Below, piece after piece: positions 52,741-64,000 of a DNA stretch of 64,000 bases (the first letter of the stretch is position 1; each line of letters opens with the position of its first letter). The translations under genes were made by a program, and so were the position numbers. Below the pieces are notes generated by a model, which ran no database searches, was not told the DNA's origin, and saw nothing but the letters and a program-made list of their open reading frames with translations. The DNA comes from Botryllus schlosseri. Taxonomy: Eukaryota. The stretch is taken from the NCBI GenBank assembly GCA_051294905.1, contig CM119372.1, forward strand, positions 22,446,001 through 22,510,000, written 5' to 3'.

Positions 52741-54219
52741 ACCGAATGGTAAAAGTTGAAAGGCATATCTTTGTTTGTTTCTGTAAAGAAAGTTTGGCAA
52801 ATACTTTGAAAGAGATTTGTCATCAGTAAAAAAGGTTCAGTGTACGTATATATACAGGTAGTTCAAAAGGTGTGAATTTGCAAAGGAATTTTTATGCTTC
52901 GTCTGTGAGGATAAAAACCGATTTGACTAGTGATATTGAGAAGTTATCCGTGCAACCCTCTCGAGTAAACTTGCGATTCAGATATACCTGGATATTACTT
53001 GTAACTTCAAAGCGGTAAGACATTTTTATGGTAGTGGCAATGTAAGCGCTGACAGTATCTCCCAGCTGAATTGTCGTTGCAGTGCTTCGAGTATGTACCA
53101 AACAAGGTTTATCGAGGAAAATTCTATATGTGTAGGAATGGCATCAATTCACTTCACCATGCTGTGTTTGGCATGGCGTCCTTATATGCTATAACATCAC
53201 CTGTACCAAGGAAATTTAAACGTTGCCATGAAATGCATGTCCTATCTCAAAGCGTCGCGACTACCTGCCGCTAGATTAAATGATTCGGCAACCGTTTTTG
53301 ATGAATTTATATAATAACTTTATACTGGCGAACGAAGACCACTATGGCGATTAGACAAGACGATTCTGACGCTATGTGCGGGCAGGGACAATACGGACGT
53401 CGGAATAAGGACATGGACACCTATACAATTATCTTCTTAGTTACAATTTTGAAGTCATACGTTCAGAATGACAGATTCAATTTTTTTTTTAACAAAGTTT
53501 AACTATACTGTAGACATGAAAAGTATCCGATCGAACAAAGTTTTAGTTCCACAGAGCCGCGTGTATTAGGCTACTCCGTTTTAGTCTCCCTGCCGTTCAG
53601 AACCTGCATGCCAACAAATAGCATATTGGTTCGCAGAGACGGTGAACTCTGAGCAATTCTTTGTCAAAAACAGCAGTTGCGTTATCAAAATCTATTAAGA
53701 TCGGTAGATATGTCGTGACTCAATTCCGATTTTGCTCATAAACTATTTGATCTGTAGTTAAAATTCCTATAGAAGCATGTTTGCCAAAAGTACCTTTTGA
53801 CCAGCCGACAATGGACGGGTCTCTGCGAGGTTTCAGCAGTCGTTGATGGCTTTGCCGTATTGAAAAGAGGTATTACAAATCGCCATCGCCATTAGTCCGT
53901 TTATTAGAATAATATTCCATTATAAGAAGTAAAACGTGTGAATATAGTGAGTGCATACGCTTTGGAAGTAGATGGTTATCTCGAAGTACTAAAAGGATGA
54001 TATCAATGTGAAATTATTTAGTTTGAAATCAATAAAACAATATCAGTCTGTATGCATGCCTTCAGGATTCAGCAATGTTGCTTAATTTGAAACTGCCTGA
54101 AATATGAATCGATGAAATGTCAAATGGTAGGGCATATTAGCGATATCGTCTAGGACTCTATGGAGTAACCAATCCCTCAATGTACTACAAGTTATGACTT
54201 GGTCTCGAATGTTTTAGAG

Positions 54220-57200
54220 ATGGATAACGAGACTACCACAGCCGCACTGCCTCCGAACTCTTGTATATTTAGTCCGACAGACAGGGCGCCAAGTTCCAGT
54301 GAAGTAATTCAGCAGTTGAACGGTAATGTAACGAAATATACCTTTTCCTTCGACTCTGCAGAACTCGGAACAATATTTTGAATTTCCAGATATTGGCGCC
54401 GGAGCGTTTGTCTATATGATGGTGCCAGTGGTTTTGTTTGTAATTATGGCAATCGTGTACGTCGAGGAAGCAATCTTCTTTATTAAAACGACAGAGCATT
54501 GGAGAAGGACTCAACACAAACTGTGGATATTATCAGGATTTCCGGTGAATATTCTATAACAGCACGCCAGACAAACACTTTCCAGACCATGTTACAAAAT
54601 TCCAAATTGACATTACCGCTGAAATAATAAATCCAAACTTCACGACAGTATACATTTATCAAGAAATACTTGTTCTCTCAAAACATGGCAAGTGACATTT
54701 CGTCACGACAACTCCCAACGCCTTGTACAATCTGCATGTCAACTGTCAAGTATGTATGAAATCCAGTTTATATAATATATTACGGGGATTTTCCATGTCA
54801 AAAGTGACGTAAGAAAGCGTTTCACGTCTGTTCATATTATATAAATATTTGTACCGTTGTAAATTGTTCGGTACCCTAAGTAGTTCATATCAGTGATATC
54901 ACTAATATGAGTCTCACATCGAGGTGACTATTTTAGCAGTATGTGATGATTGCCACAAGTTCATTGAGTCTTACCATCGAAATTACCAAAGACGCACTCG
55001 GAATAATAAAAGAAAATTGAACGGAACTTAAACTTGACGTGGAACCAAATCAAATATTGCTCGTCGGAACTCACGTGCTTATCGCTTTGTATTCGTCAAG
55101 ATCGCTGATTGAAATCCCCGAACAGAATAAACTCTGTAAATTGCGAATTCGCCATTCTTTTGTTCCCCAAGGTTATATCTGGATTGTGCGTGATTGGACT
55201 TTTCTTTCCTCGTTCATCGCCGACCATACAGATTCTCATTTCTTTGTGAGTTAAAAATTCAGAAATGCTTATTGAAAGCGTACCGGCTAACGTAATAACT
55301 TTTTCAGCTACAATGCCTTATGCATGAAAGAGTATTTCGCTTTAACACTGCATTACTACGGCGGCAAGAAAAAAATGGCGGAGATCACCAATGAAATTGT
55401 CATCCCACCGAATCCGTTTCCTTGCATCATGTGGTGCTGCTTGCCGAAAGTAAAAATGAATGTGTAAGTGTGCACCAAACATAGCTGATTCTGATTGGTA
55501 CAAGGTGCTATTTAGTTCAATGTTACATATTCCTACAGGCGCAGTATCAAGATAATGCAGTATCTAATATATCCAGTGACAATATATCAACCAGTCGTCT
55601 TCTTTATCTTGACCGTACTGTGGAACGAAGATTTGGAAGAAACGAATTTGGTAAGCTTTATGTAACTTAAGCTTTTATATGGAAATCGAACATACATCTC
55701 CTCGCCATACTTTTGAGGTCTACTAATAATTGGAAACTATATCTATTGAAAAATTCTGGTTAAGAGTATGGCAAGTTGATATTTAATAGTGACGTCACAA
55801 TGCATGCAATATAGAACTATCTTAGCGATGACTGGGGAAGCTGTGCCGTGAATTTATCAATGTTTTGTTTCTGGAGTGTACTGTGCGGCCATGGGGCGAT
55901 TTTTGCATCATTGCAACCGATTGCGATTACGATTTCTCTTGAATCGCGCGATTACGAATACGATTACAATAACAGAAAATCCCTATGTAGTATATTAGGA
56001 TCACATGGGAGAGTAATCACGATTATTCACGATTACATTTATATTGTTTCGTGGAATTTGACCTATCATTTTTACCCTTTTTGAAAGTTCAGTAGTTTGT
56101 GCAAGTCTGGTTAGTGGTTTTAACTGACCTCGCTAGCTTCTCGCAGAAACTTCAATAAGACATTACAAATATATAATATAAAAAATCAGCATTAAATGAA
56201 ATTTCCAATTTTACTTTTGAATTCTATACATCTGTCGTCACGTCATTAAATTTCGGGTAAACTTTGATTTGATTTTTAAAGGTTCACCAATGCGCAACAT
56301 TTGTTTTGAAGTTTTACCGCTGCGCCAGGTCTATAGTGATTTAAAGGAGTTCATATTCACCGCAAACGAGCGTGTTCCTCAAGCTTTACAGATAAGAAAA
56401 TCTAAACCTTTCCCTTCGTGTTTCCGAAAAGACATCGGGTGATTACTAGGGCAAGTTTTTGCAACTTTTGCAACTTTGTTCTACAGCTTCCGACAGCTTC
56501 CTAAATACTCGTAAGATATGTAGAATGTTGTTTTAAGCTGTTTGAAGGAATCTTATAGTGTAACTTTTTGCAGCTTTTGTCCATTTTATAAATGCAACTC
56601 TATGCAACATTTGCAACTTTTTCGATTTTTCATGAAAGTATTTTCGGTTTTGGTGAAATACGCAGCCAAATTCTACTGAAACACCGTAAATCAGCACCGA
56701 AGTACGGGTATTTCGGGAGCTGAGCCGGTAAATTGACCTTTTTTTTAGTCAACCGAGCAAAATGTGGTCTTTTAGTGCAATTTTTGCAACTTTTGTCAAA
56801 AATAAATAAAAAAATGCAACTTTCCGCGGATTTAACTGCAACAAGAACTTGCCCTAGTAATTACTTCCTCATTATAATCGAGTGCGATTACGATTACTTG
56901 TGAATGACGCGATTGCGATTACGATTACAGCAAAATCTCGAAGTAGTCGATTACTGTTACGATTACAATGGAAAAGTAATCACGATTACTCACGATTACA
57001 TTCATTTTTGTGCTTGGTAGGCTATACTTGAGCCTTGATCACACATTGTAAGACAACATAAGTTAATAACATATTATATAACGATTGTGATGAGACGGCT
57101 TCATGAGAGAAAAAATTTCTTTTAAATGTGACGTCATTAGCTTGTTATGTCTCAATCAGTTACCCAACTTCATAGCGGACAATTTTCATTCTAGTTACAA

Positions 57201-60200
57201 CCCACTCTAAAATGATGTTTAAGAGTATGGTTGATGGTCAGATGATGCTTCGATTGGAGGCCGTCATGTCTTATTTGATGAGTACGAAATTGTAAACCTT
57301 TGCCCGGCGTAGATACTCCTCAGCAAGCAGAAACGTTCAAACTGCGTTAAGCATAACCATTAACCAAACATCAATAATTACGTTACCGGCGGAGTGCTGG
57401 TGATTATTATCTTCCTGCGAGGCAGGGGTGTCTGGTGTGTATTGCTGACCTGATATGAGGCATGGCGGTGGTTCTTTAAATCATACTACTACATCGAATA
57501 TCTGTTTCAGTGGTTCTTAATCTTTATTAACTTGGGAAATACTTACGCTAATCTGCATTCGGGCGTGTCACCAAAAAGCATATGTATGAGTTCAGTGTGT
57601 GTCCTGGGACCTATATTGTATTTTTCCTGCGTCCTTATATAGCTCAGTGGTCCTCACATCCAGAGAGAACAGTAAAACACCAGTTAAGAACCACTGATCT
57701 AGATACTACGTGTTCATAATTCGTTACGCATCTACGAGAAAAGCTAATACTTGTGATGTAATAATGAGACGTGGAGTTTCTGCTGTCAATAACCTGATAT
57801 ACATCGCACAATCACTTGTTCACATATGTACGTTCAGTTTATGTCATATAGTCCTTGCAGAAGTAAAAAGTAATCGTTCTTTTATAAAGAAGTCGATTAG
57901 ATATGTGAAGTAATCGATTACGATGATTTCGGACTTTTTTCGAATGTAATCGATTGCGATTGCAATTACTTGAAAATGCTGTAATCGTCGTAATCGATTA
58001 CGATTACTAATCACGATTACCCCATGTCTTACTGTACCGATTGACTGTGAAAGATTATTCGGTTTGTCACTATAGAGATACACTAATACGACCATCTACG
58101 GTGTCGAAGTCCCAAATTCTTTCTTCGTGCAGTTTATTCCGCGGAAATGCGAAACAAAACACTTGATACATCAAGCATCACGCACTTCATAATACATCAT
58201 AATATTTTCAGTCCATCTTATTGACGATCCTCAACCTCAGCGTTCCTCTCGCGTCGTTTGTCGCAGTGTACGGATTTGTGATGATCAATAAGGCATCAGA
58301 GGGTGCATTGAGATACTTCCGCATACGACGTATGTTATACATCTTTTGCACAATTATGGATGCCTTAACAACGAAAAATACGTTTCCTTGCAGTTAAATT
58401 CATATCGGTTCAGTTGATTCTCGCCGTGAATACAGTACAAATGGTCATCATGCTTCTGTTGGACAGATTCCAGGCGATGCCGTGTGGATTTCCATACCAA
58501 AATCCAAGACCAGCGTTCAGTAAGTATTGTAAAAATGGTGCGGTTCAATTGTAATGATATAAAGCGGGTAACTACGATATTCGTTGGCCCCACGTAGAGA
58601 GATGTGTATAGTTTCCTGTCAAACTGGACCACGAAGATTTTCATGCAACAGTGTTTCATTTCATGCATACTGCCGTTGCTGCCGAGATTGCTGGATACCG
58701 CAGTACTTTATATTAAATTCTTTTTTCGATCACTAAACACGGACGAAAATTGTCCCCATTTTAACTGTGATTAACGCATGACGGTAGCTATAGCTATATC
58801 ATTCTTGAGCATATTTGAAAAGAACACGAAAATTGACTGCAACGATCATTGCATCCAATCATTGTTGACGACATCGTGAAAGATGAGAGGGAATGCTCAC
58901 TGATCAGTGATCACCCATGGCCTACTGAACTCGGGCCATGTATCACAATACAGACAGTGCATATACGCAGTGGAAGTAGGCCGGGTTGTAATGACTCGAG
59001 TCATGACTCGGCTCGAGTCCGACTCGAGTCACGATTTTCTGATGACTCGACTTGACTTGAGTCATTTTTTCAATCTGTGTATTGACTCGACTTGGAATTG
59101 AGTCATTGCGCATGACTCGAACCAAGTCATATGACTCGAGACTCAGATGACCAAGGCCGACATTTCATTGTAATTTCGAAGAATAGTAACGTAACTACAT
59201 TATTGGCATTTAGTCTATCAATACTATGCTGGTACTTGAAAATGCAACCAGAAACTGCGAGAAAAATTAGTATATTATAAATGCGAACCATTCGATATCA
59301 GCAAACAGAGTTATAAAAAGTTGGTTTCACAATACTTTAACTGGAAACTGAGCAGTCAACACAATGATGTATATGGACTCGGACTCGAGTCATAATACCA
59401 GGACTCGGACTTGACCCTCTGCTCGCTGACTTGGACTGGGAGTTGACTCGGTGGTGAATTGAAAATGACTCGACTCGACTCGAGTCAAAACTATAAAAGT
59501 GAGATTGACTTGTGACTCAAAACCTTGTGACTTGGTTACAACCCTGAAAGTAGGCCATCAGCAGTTCGTATAAATCAGTGGTTTTCAACCTTTTTTTAGA
59601 CACGCCACCCTTTTTGATAGTGAAAAATTTCGCGCCCCCCTTATCGTCATATCACACAATCTAACTGGGATGCTAGCAACCCCAACAGATTGATTGGTGG
59701 TATGGACGGTGATGAATGTTGATGAGAGAATAAAAATATATGAAATTGGGTCTATATAGAGAGAAACATGCGTGTATAGGAGGTAAATCGCGCGGAGCGC
59801 GAAAAAGTTTTTCAGGTGACCGCTTCTTCGCGCCCCCCTTCAGATGTTTCACGCCCCTCCAAGGGGGGCGCGCCCCCAGGTTGAGAACCCCTGGTATAAA
59901 TAGAAACACTGAACATTGGGATGAGTTCCAAACGCTTGCTTCAAGGAGAATCATTTTCCATTTAATTAGACCTTCCCACGGTAATGCTTTCTACCTAAAA
60001 TGCCTCAATAATCCATAAATATACACTAGGTATCATATATATAACATGACAAAGTAATCAAAAATCCAACTTATGTTGACAGTGGTTCATCTTTACATGT
60101 TTCCTGCCGAGCTGTTTCTGTTAAGTATCGCTGCGAGGTTCGCGTTCAGGTTTTCCGAAAAAGGATTGCTGCCAGTCCCTGAGCCGCGTGACATAGAAGA

Positions 60201-60498
60201 CCCAATCGTCGAAACGAAGGTATAAGCCAATGAATAAGGATAAGGGACTTTGGATTTATCAATATTGGCACAGGTTGCATGTACCGCAGGATCTACTGCA
60301 ATGCCAGCAGACGAATTCGACTCCATAGCTTCTGGCTGCTTGTCCTTGCCCGGTAAAGGAACGGCAATCTTTAATTCCGATCGTCAATCAAACAAATACG
60401 CACCATCGTCCTCCAGAAGCGCTAGCAACTCATCCTCTTATTCATCGGTGGAGTTGAAAGCCTACCGAGACACCGCTACTGAGCAAAACCGATGTTGA
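54220..60498 (+). CDS. SLC51A: Organic solute transporter subunit alpha-like, 9 coding exons
   Basis: Exons 54220-54322, 54390-54544, 55172-55245, 55308-55463, 55539-55650, 58212-58329, 58394-58519, 60083-60219, 60274-60498; all GT-AG and phase-consistent; motifs VYVEEAIFF, GLFFPRS, YYGGK, PCIMWCCLP, KFISVQ. Confidence 0.9.
55890..58027. mobile_element. (CGATTA)-array MITE(s) in OST-alpha intron 5, with a nested TAGGGCAAG MITE at 56447-56856
   Basis: GATTAC arrays at about 55918-56037, 56876-57000 and 57895-58020; inner TSD gtgattac / gtaattac; outer boundaries approximate. Confidence 0.65.
58981..59546. mobile_element. hAT MITE (CAGGGTTGTAA TIR, GACTCG arrays)
   Basis: TSD gaagtagg / aaagtagg. 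Confidence 0.8.
59576..59893. mobile_element. hAT MITE (CAGTGGTTTTCAAC / GTTGAGAACCCCTG ends)
   Basis: Perfect TSD gtataaat. Confidence 0.88.
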
Positions 60499-61219
60499 CA
60501 ACAGACTGTCGGGGTGCCATCGTCACTCGCGTCGTTTGTATCCCGAAGGATTGATCATAGAGACTGTTGTGTTGTCGAAAGATCTGGTCGTCCGAACGAC
60601 CCGTAATGAACGTAACTGTTTCGTTTGACCTTATAATAGTGATGGCGTCACAATGTTACGCGTGCCAGTCCGCTGGATCCCCGCACGCAACACTCCACTG
60701 CCTAAAAGTATTGTCACTGAAAGAACATTCGGGCAACAACGTGCTTGGAGATATGAAAGAATCACTCAAGATTATGATACTATAACTTTCGAAGAAGTTT
60801 GAAGTGGAATCAAACTCCGATTTCCAGCGGTGCCTTACTCACATTTGCTCAACCTCATTTCATTTTCAATTCATGCGCGTTGTAATTAATAAGCGAAGTA
60901 TACAGTATTTGAGTCCCCTATTGCATTTGTCAATTCTTTTTCACCGTGTCTATTGCAGCTTACTTGTCACTTTCACTTGTCTGTTGTTGAATGTTCGAAT
61001 ACTCGTCCATATATACTGATATGGCTTAATGTTTTAATGTTTTATGTAGCTAATATTGGCTATAAAATATATATACACATGTCAAGTTCCGTTGTGACCT
61101 TTTGCATAAACTTTCAATTGCTATAGTGTAATCGTACGTTGTGCTTCTGTCGTTGCTCTGTCAAACAGCCAGAAAGATAGAGAGCAAATTGCCGTGTTCA
61201 AAAATTATATCGTATAGAG

Positions 61220-62100
61220 CAGGGGTCACCAACTCAAAACGGTTCGCGGGCCACTTTTCAAAATTCGTCGAGGCCGCGGGCCGCATGACTTCTATATCTA
61301 GATTAAAATAGGCAACGCTGTTAAACGGACTCGTTTTGATAACTCTACGTCAGTACAACGCTAACATGGACAACAGACAAATCGTGATTAGTCATGTTAT
61401 GAATAAGCACAGGGACTCGTGTTCCAGTCGCGCGAAGCGCGAAAAAGTTTTCATGCTCTTGAGTGAATTTCGTCATTATTATTAGTAAATTCTCACATAT
61501 TACCATCAAATATTTATCGTTTCTTAGTCCATGTGATCGAATTCATCGGTAGAGTTGATGCTGGGGGTGTCCACGAAAATTTAGGGAAGTTATTAATGCT
61601 GTGCTGCATCTTTGGGTAGGCAAATTGTTTTTAGCACCTTTTGTTGCATGTTGTTATTTCTCGACATCTCATCAGCAGTTACGGTATAGTGGGAAGATAT
61701 TGGATTCGCCCAAACATAGGCCTACCAGAAACAAATTTTCTTCGTGGTGAGGAGAACACGATTACAAATTGGTATTGAATTATGGTGCGCATCATTTTCC
61801 TCTGCAGTTATAGCATCTGTACTGTGGGGACCAGATTATAAAGGACACTACTATATAAATATCGAAAATCTACTCGCACTGAATCGCGCGTAGAGCGAAG
61901 AAAATTTCAAGAATAATGCAAGCCTCTTAATAATTAGTCAATTCGTGAATTCAATTTGCATATTGACGGCCACCAACACATTCTATTCAAAATAAGTGTC
62001 GACGGCCGCATAATTTTCCTTCTACTGCCGCAGATTCGGCACCGTTGAACTGAAGAATCGATATTGTGGTTAGCTAGACACTGTACTTGCTGGAAAACGA
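61220..62100. mobile_element. Left part of a hAT MITE (CAGGGGTCACCAAC), probably interrupted by the Harbinger element
   Basis: TIR and gcgggcc subterminal repeats like 48616; no right end seen in the window. Confidence 0.6.
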
Positions 62101-62375
62101 TCTCCTCGTAAAGCTTGGTCTTTTGGGAAGCCCGACGTCGTTTTCTAAGGGTGGGTTTCAAAAAGTTGTCTTAATTTAGACCTGGCTTAAGGCCAGTGAA
62201 TGACTTGGCCGAGACGCCAGGCGACGGCGGTCTTAATTCGGTTTCAAATGTCAATTTGGCGCCGCGCTCGGCCAAGTCCGTTAGTTGCGAGTAATTACTG
62301 TCTACTTCGTCGCTGTAGCGAGTTCAACACGGAACCGAGGCCAGATTGTTATTGTTTTGAGTTGCTCGTGGATGA

Positions 62376-63437
62376 ATGAAAGGAGATCAGTGGAGGATTA
62401 TGGAATTGCTGGAGTTGTTGGAATTTACTGACGATGATGATGAACAGTACAGACTGCCAAGAAAGTATCTCGCAGATGTTCAGAACCCCTTCGAAAGGTA
62501 TTCGAACAACGAGTTCAGACTGCGATTCCGGTTTTCAAAAGACGCAACTCACTATCTTTTTGGGCTGTTGAAAGATGATGAAGAATTGACCTGCAGAGAT
62601 CATGCTCTTCCGCCAATACTACAACTAACTTGCGCCTTACGGTTTTTCGCGGATGGCCATTTTCAACAGACTGATGGTGACCTAGCTGGTATAAGCAAAG
62701 TAACTGCTCACAGAAGCATTCACAAAATTACCCGTGCCATATGCCGCAAGAAGCTCCTGTTTTTGAATTTTCCTACTGACCTCGATAAAGTAAAGCAAGA
62801 ATTTTATGACATTGCAGGCTTCCCAAACGTTGTTGGAGCAATCGATTGTACTCATCTACCCATAATATCCCCTGGCGGTGATAATGCAGAGGTGTTCCGG
62901 AACAGAAAAGGTTATTTTTCATTGAACGTTCAAATGATATGTGATGCACAGCGAGTCGTAACAAACATTGTCACACGTTGGTATGGATCTTGTCACGATT
63001 CAAGAATCTTTGACAATTCGGTGATCCGTGATCGATTCGAAGATAATCAAATCGATGGATATTTGCTTGGGGATAATGGATATCCACTGAGGAGCTACTT
63101 ACTTACACCACTATTATCACCAAGAACATCGGCCGAAAAAAAGTATAATCACGCTCATATTGTAACCCGCTCTCGCATAGAGCAGTGCTTTGGCATGCTG
63201 AAAAAAAGATTTTTCGCCTTAGCTATACCGATGAGGACCAAGCTCAGCAATTCCACGAATATCGTCGTGGCCATAACCTGCCTTCATAATCTGGCAATTC
63301 GGACACGACAGATGACTGATGAAACGGAAGTTGATGACGTATTCGAACCAGATGCTTCAGACCACCCTCATGTCGCATCGACTCCTTCTGGACAATCCGA
63401 GCGACAAAGCATAATTTTGAGACACTTTTCAAACTAA
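62376..63437 (+). CDS. Harbinger / HARBI1-like DDE transposase, 353 aa, uninterrupted
   Basis: FRLRFRFS, LRFFADG, GAIDCTH, RNRKGYFSLNVQ, GSCHDSRI, LLGDNGYPL, YNHAH..TRSRIEQCFGMLKKRF, LHN. Confidence 0.95.
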   Translation: MKGDQWRIMELLELLEFTDDDDEQYRLPRKYLADVQNPFERYSNNEFRLRFRFSKDATHYLFGLLKDDEELTCRDHALPPILQLTCALRFFADGHFQQTDGDLAGISKVTAHRSIHKITRAICRKKLLFLNFPTDLDKVKQEFYDIAGFPNVVGAIDCTHLPIISPGGDNAEVFRNRKGYFSLNVQMICDAQRVVTNIVTRWYGSCHDSRIFDNSVIRDRFEDNQIDGYLLGDNGYPLRSYLLTPLLSPRTSAEKKYNHAHIVTRSRIEQCFGMLKKRFFALAIPMRTKLSNSTNIVVAITCLHNLAIRTRQMTDETEVDDVFEPDASDHPHVASTPSGQSERQSIILRHFSN

Positions 63438-63763
63438 TCCATGAATATTCTTTTTCTACACATTCCATTTCAATTACAAAGAAACAAACATGAGCTTTAT
63501 TGCGTGTGTCATGTAAAAATGAAAATTCGCATAGCGGCTGATAGTAAGTTTAACACAGTATAGCAGGATAGCATAAAACAGTATAGCAGGATAGCATAAG
63601 CGCTTAAGCGGTGTAGAAAAACGGTAGAAGCAATTTTATAAATTGCAATACAGGATAGCATGAGCAGTGTGGAAAACCTCGGCAAGAAAAGAATGGCGTG
63701 TCAACGAAATTGAACGAAGTATACAGAAAATTGGTTCAGACACTGGATTCAGTGAGCAAAAAT

Positions 63764-63969
63764 TCACTGATACTTTTTGTCCAGCATCTCGGACTTTTTT
63801 TTATAATGATTCACTTTGAGATCATGCTCAATTTGTCTCATTCTCGTCTCCGTAACTCTCATTTCCAAATCCTTTTCCAGGAGTCTTTTTTTAGCCTTGC
63901 TCTCCTCCAATTTAGCGTTTAGTACATCCAACCTCATTTCTTCATAGGTGGCCTTAGGCTTAGAGCGAG
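63764..63969 (-). CDS. Last exon of the Harbinger second ORF (probable Myb/SANT-like protein, coiled-coil tail)
   Basis: Acceptor ccaaacag then open frame ARSKPKATYEEMRLDVLNAKLEESKAKKRLLEKDLEMRV...KKYQ*; convergent with the transposase. Confidence 0.6.
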
Positions 63970-64000
63970 CTGTTTGGAAAGATGAAAATGATAAATACCA

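Larger units (their letters stand above)
62149..64000 (+). mobile_element. PIF/Harbinger DNA transposon (continues beyond the window)
   Basis: Transposase plus convergent second gene; candidate left end gggtgggtttcaaaaag after TAA (boundary uncertain). Confidence 0.75.

Noticed and set aside
63555..63665. Tandem acagtatagcaggatagcataa repeats
   Set aside because: Small local duplication between the Harbinger ORFs with no evidence of function

Overview
Eukaryotic (metazoan) genomic DNA. Short 54-70 bp GT-AG introns, OST-alpha, MCT and Ly6-type genes and dense hAT-type MITEs suggest an invertebrate chordate such as an ascidian; the host is inferred, not shown. Host genes: a spliced SLC16 (MCT8/10-like) transporter (minus, 19368-32730), a 3-exon GPI-anchored Ly6/uPAR-type protein (minus, 35555-45001) and a 9-exon organic solute transporter alpha (plus, 54220-60498), plus probable decayed OST-alpha and SLC16 paralogues. 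Mobile DNA: a 5'-truncated CR1/L2-group LINE split by a MITE, an apparently intact PIF/Harbinger transposase with a convergent partner exon, and many hAT, Kolobok-like and Harbinger-like MITEs nested up to about 5 levels deep. The most striking item is an intronless minus-strand ORF pair at 12354-13425. Joined across one +1 frameshift it gives about 356 aa that align by eye along the whole core of paramyxovirus nucleocapsid (N) protein, i.e. a probable endogenous Mononegavirales (paramyxo-like) element. All calls come from manual reading, and protein comparisons are from memory; no searches were run.
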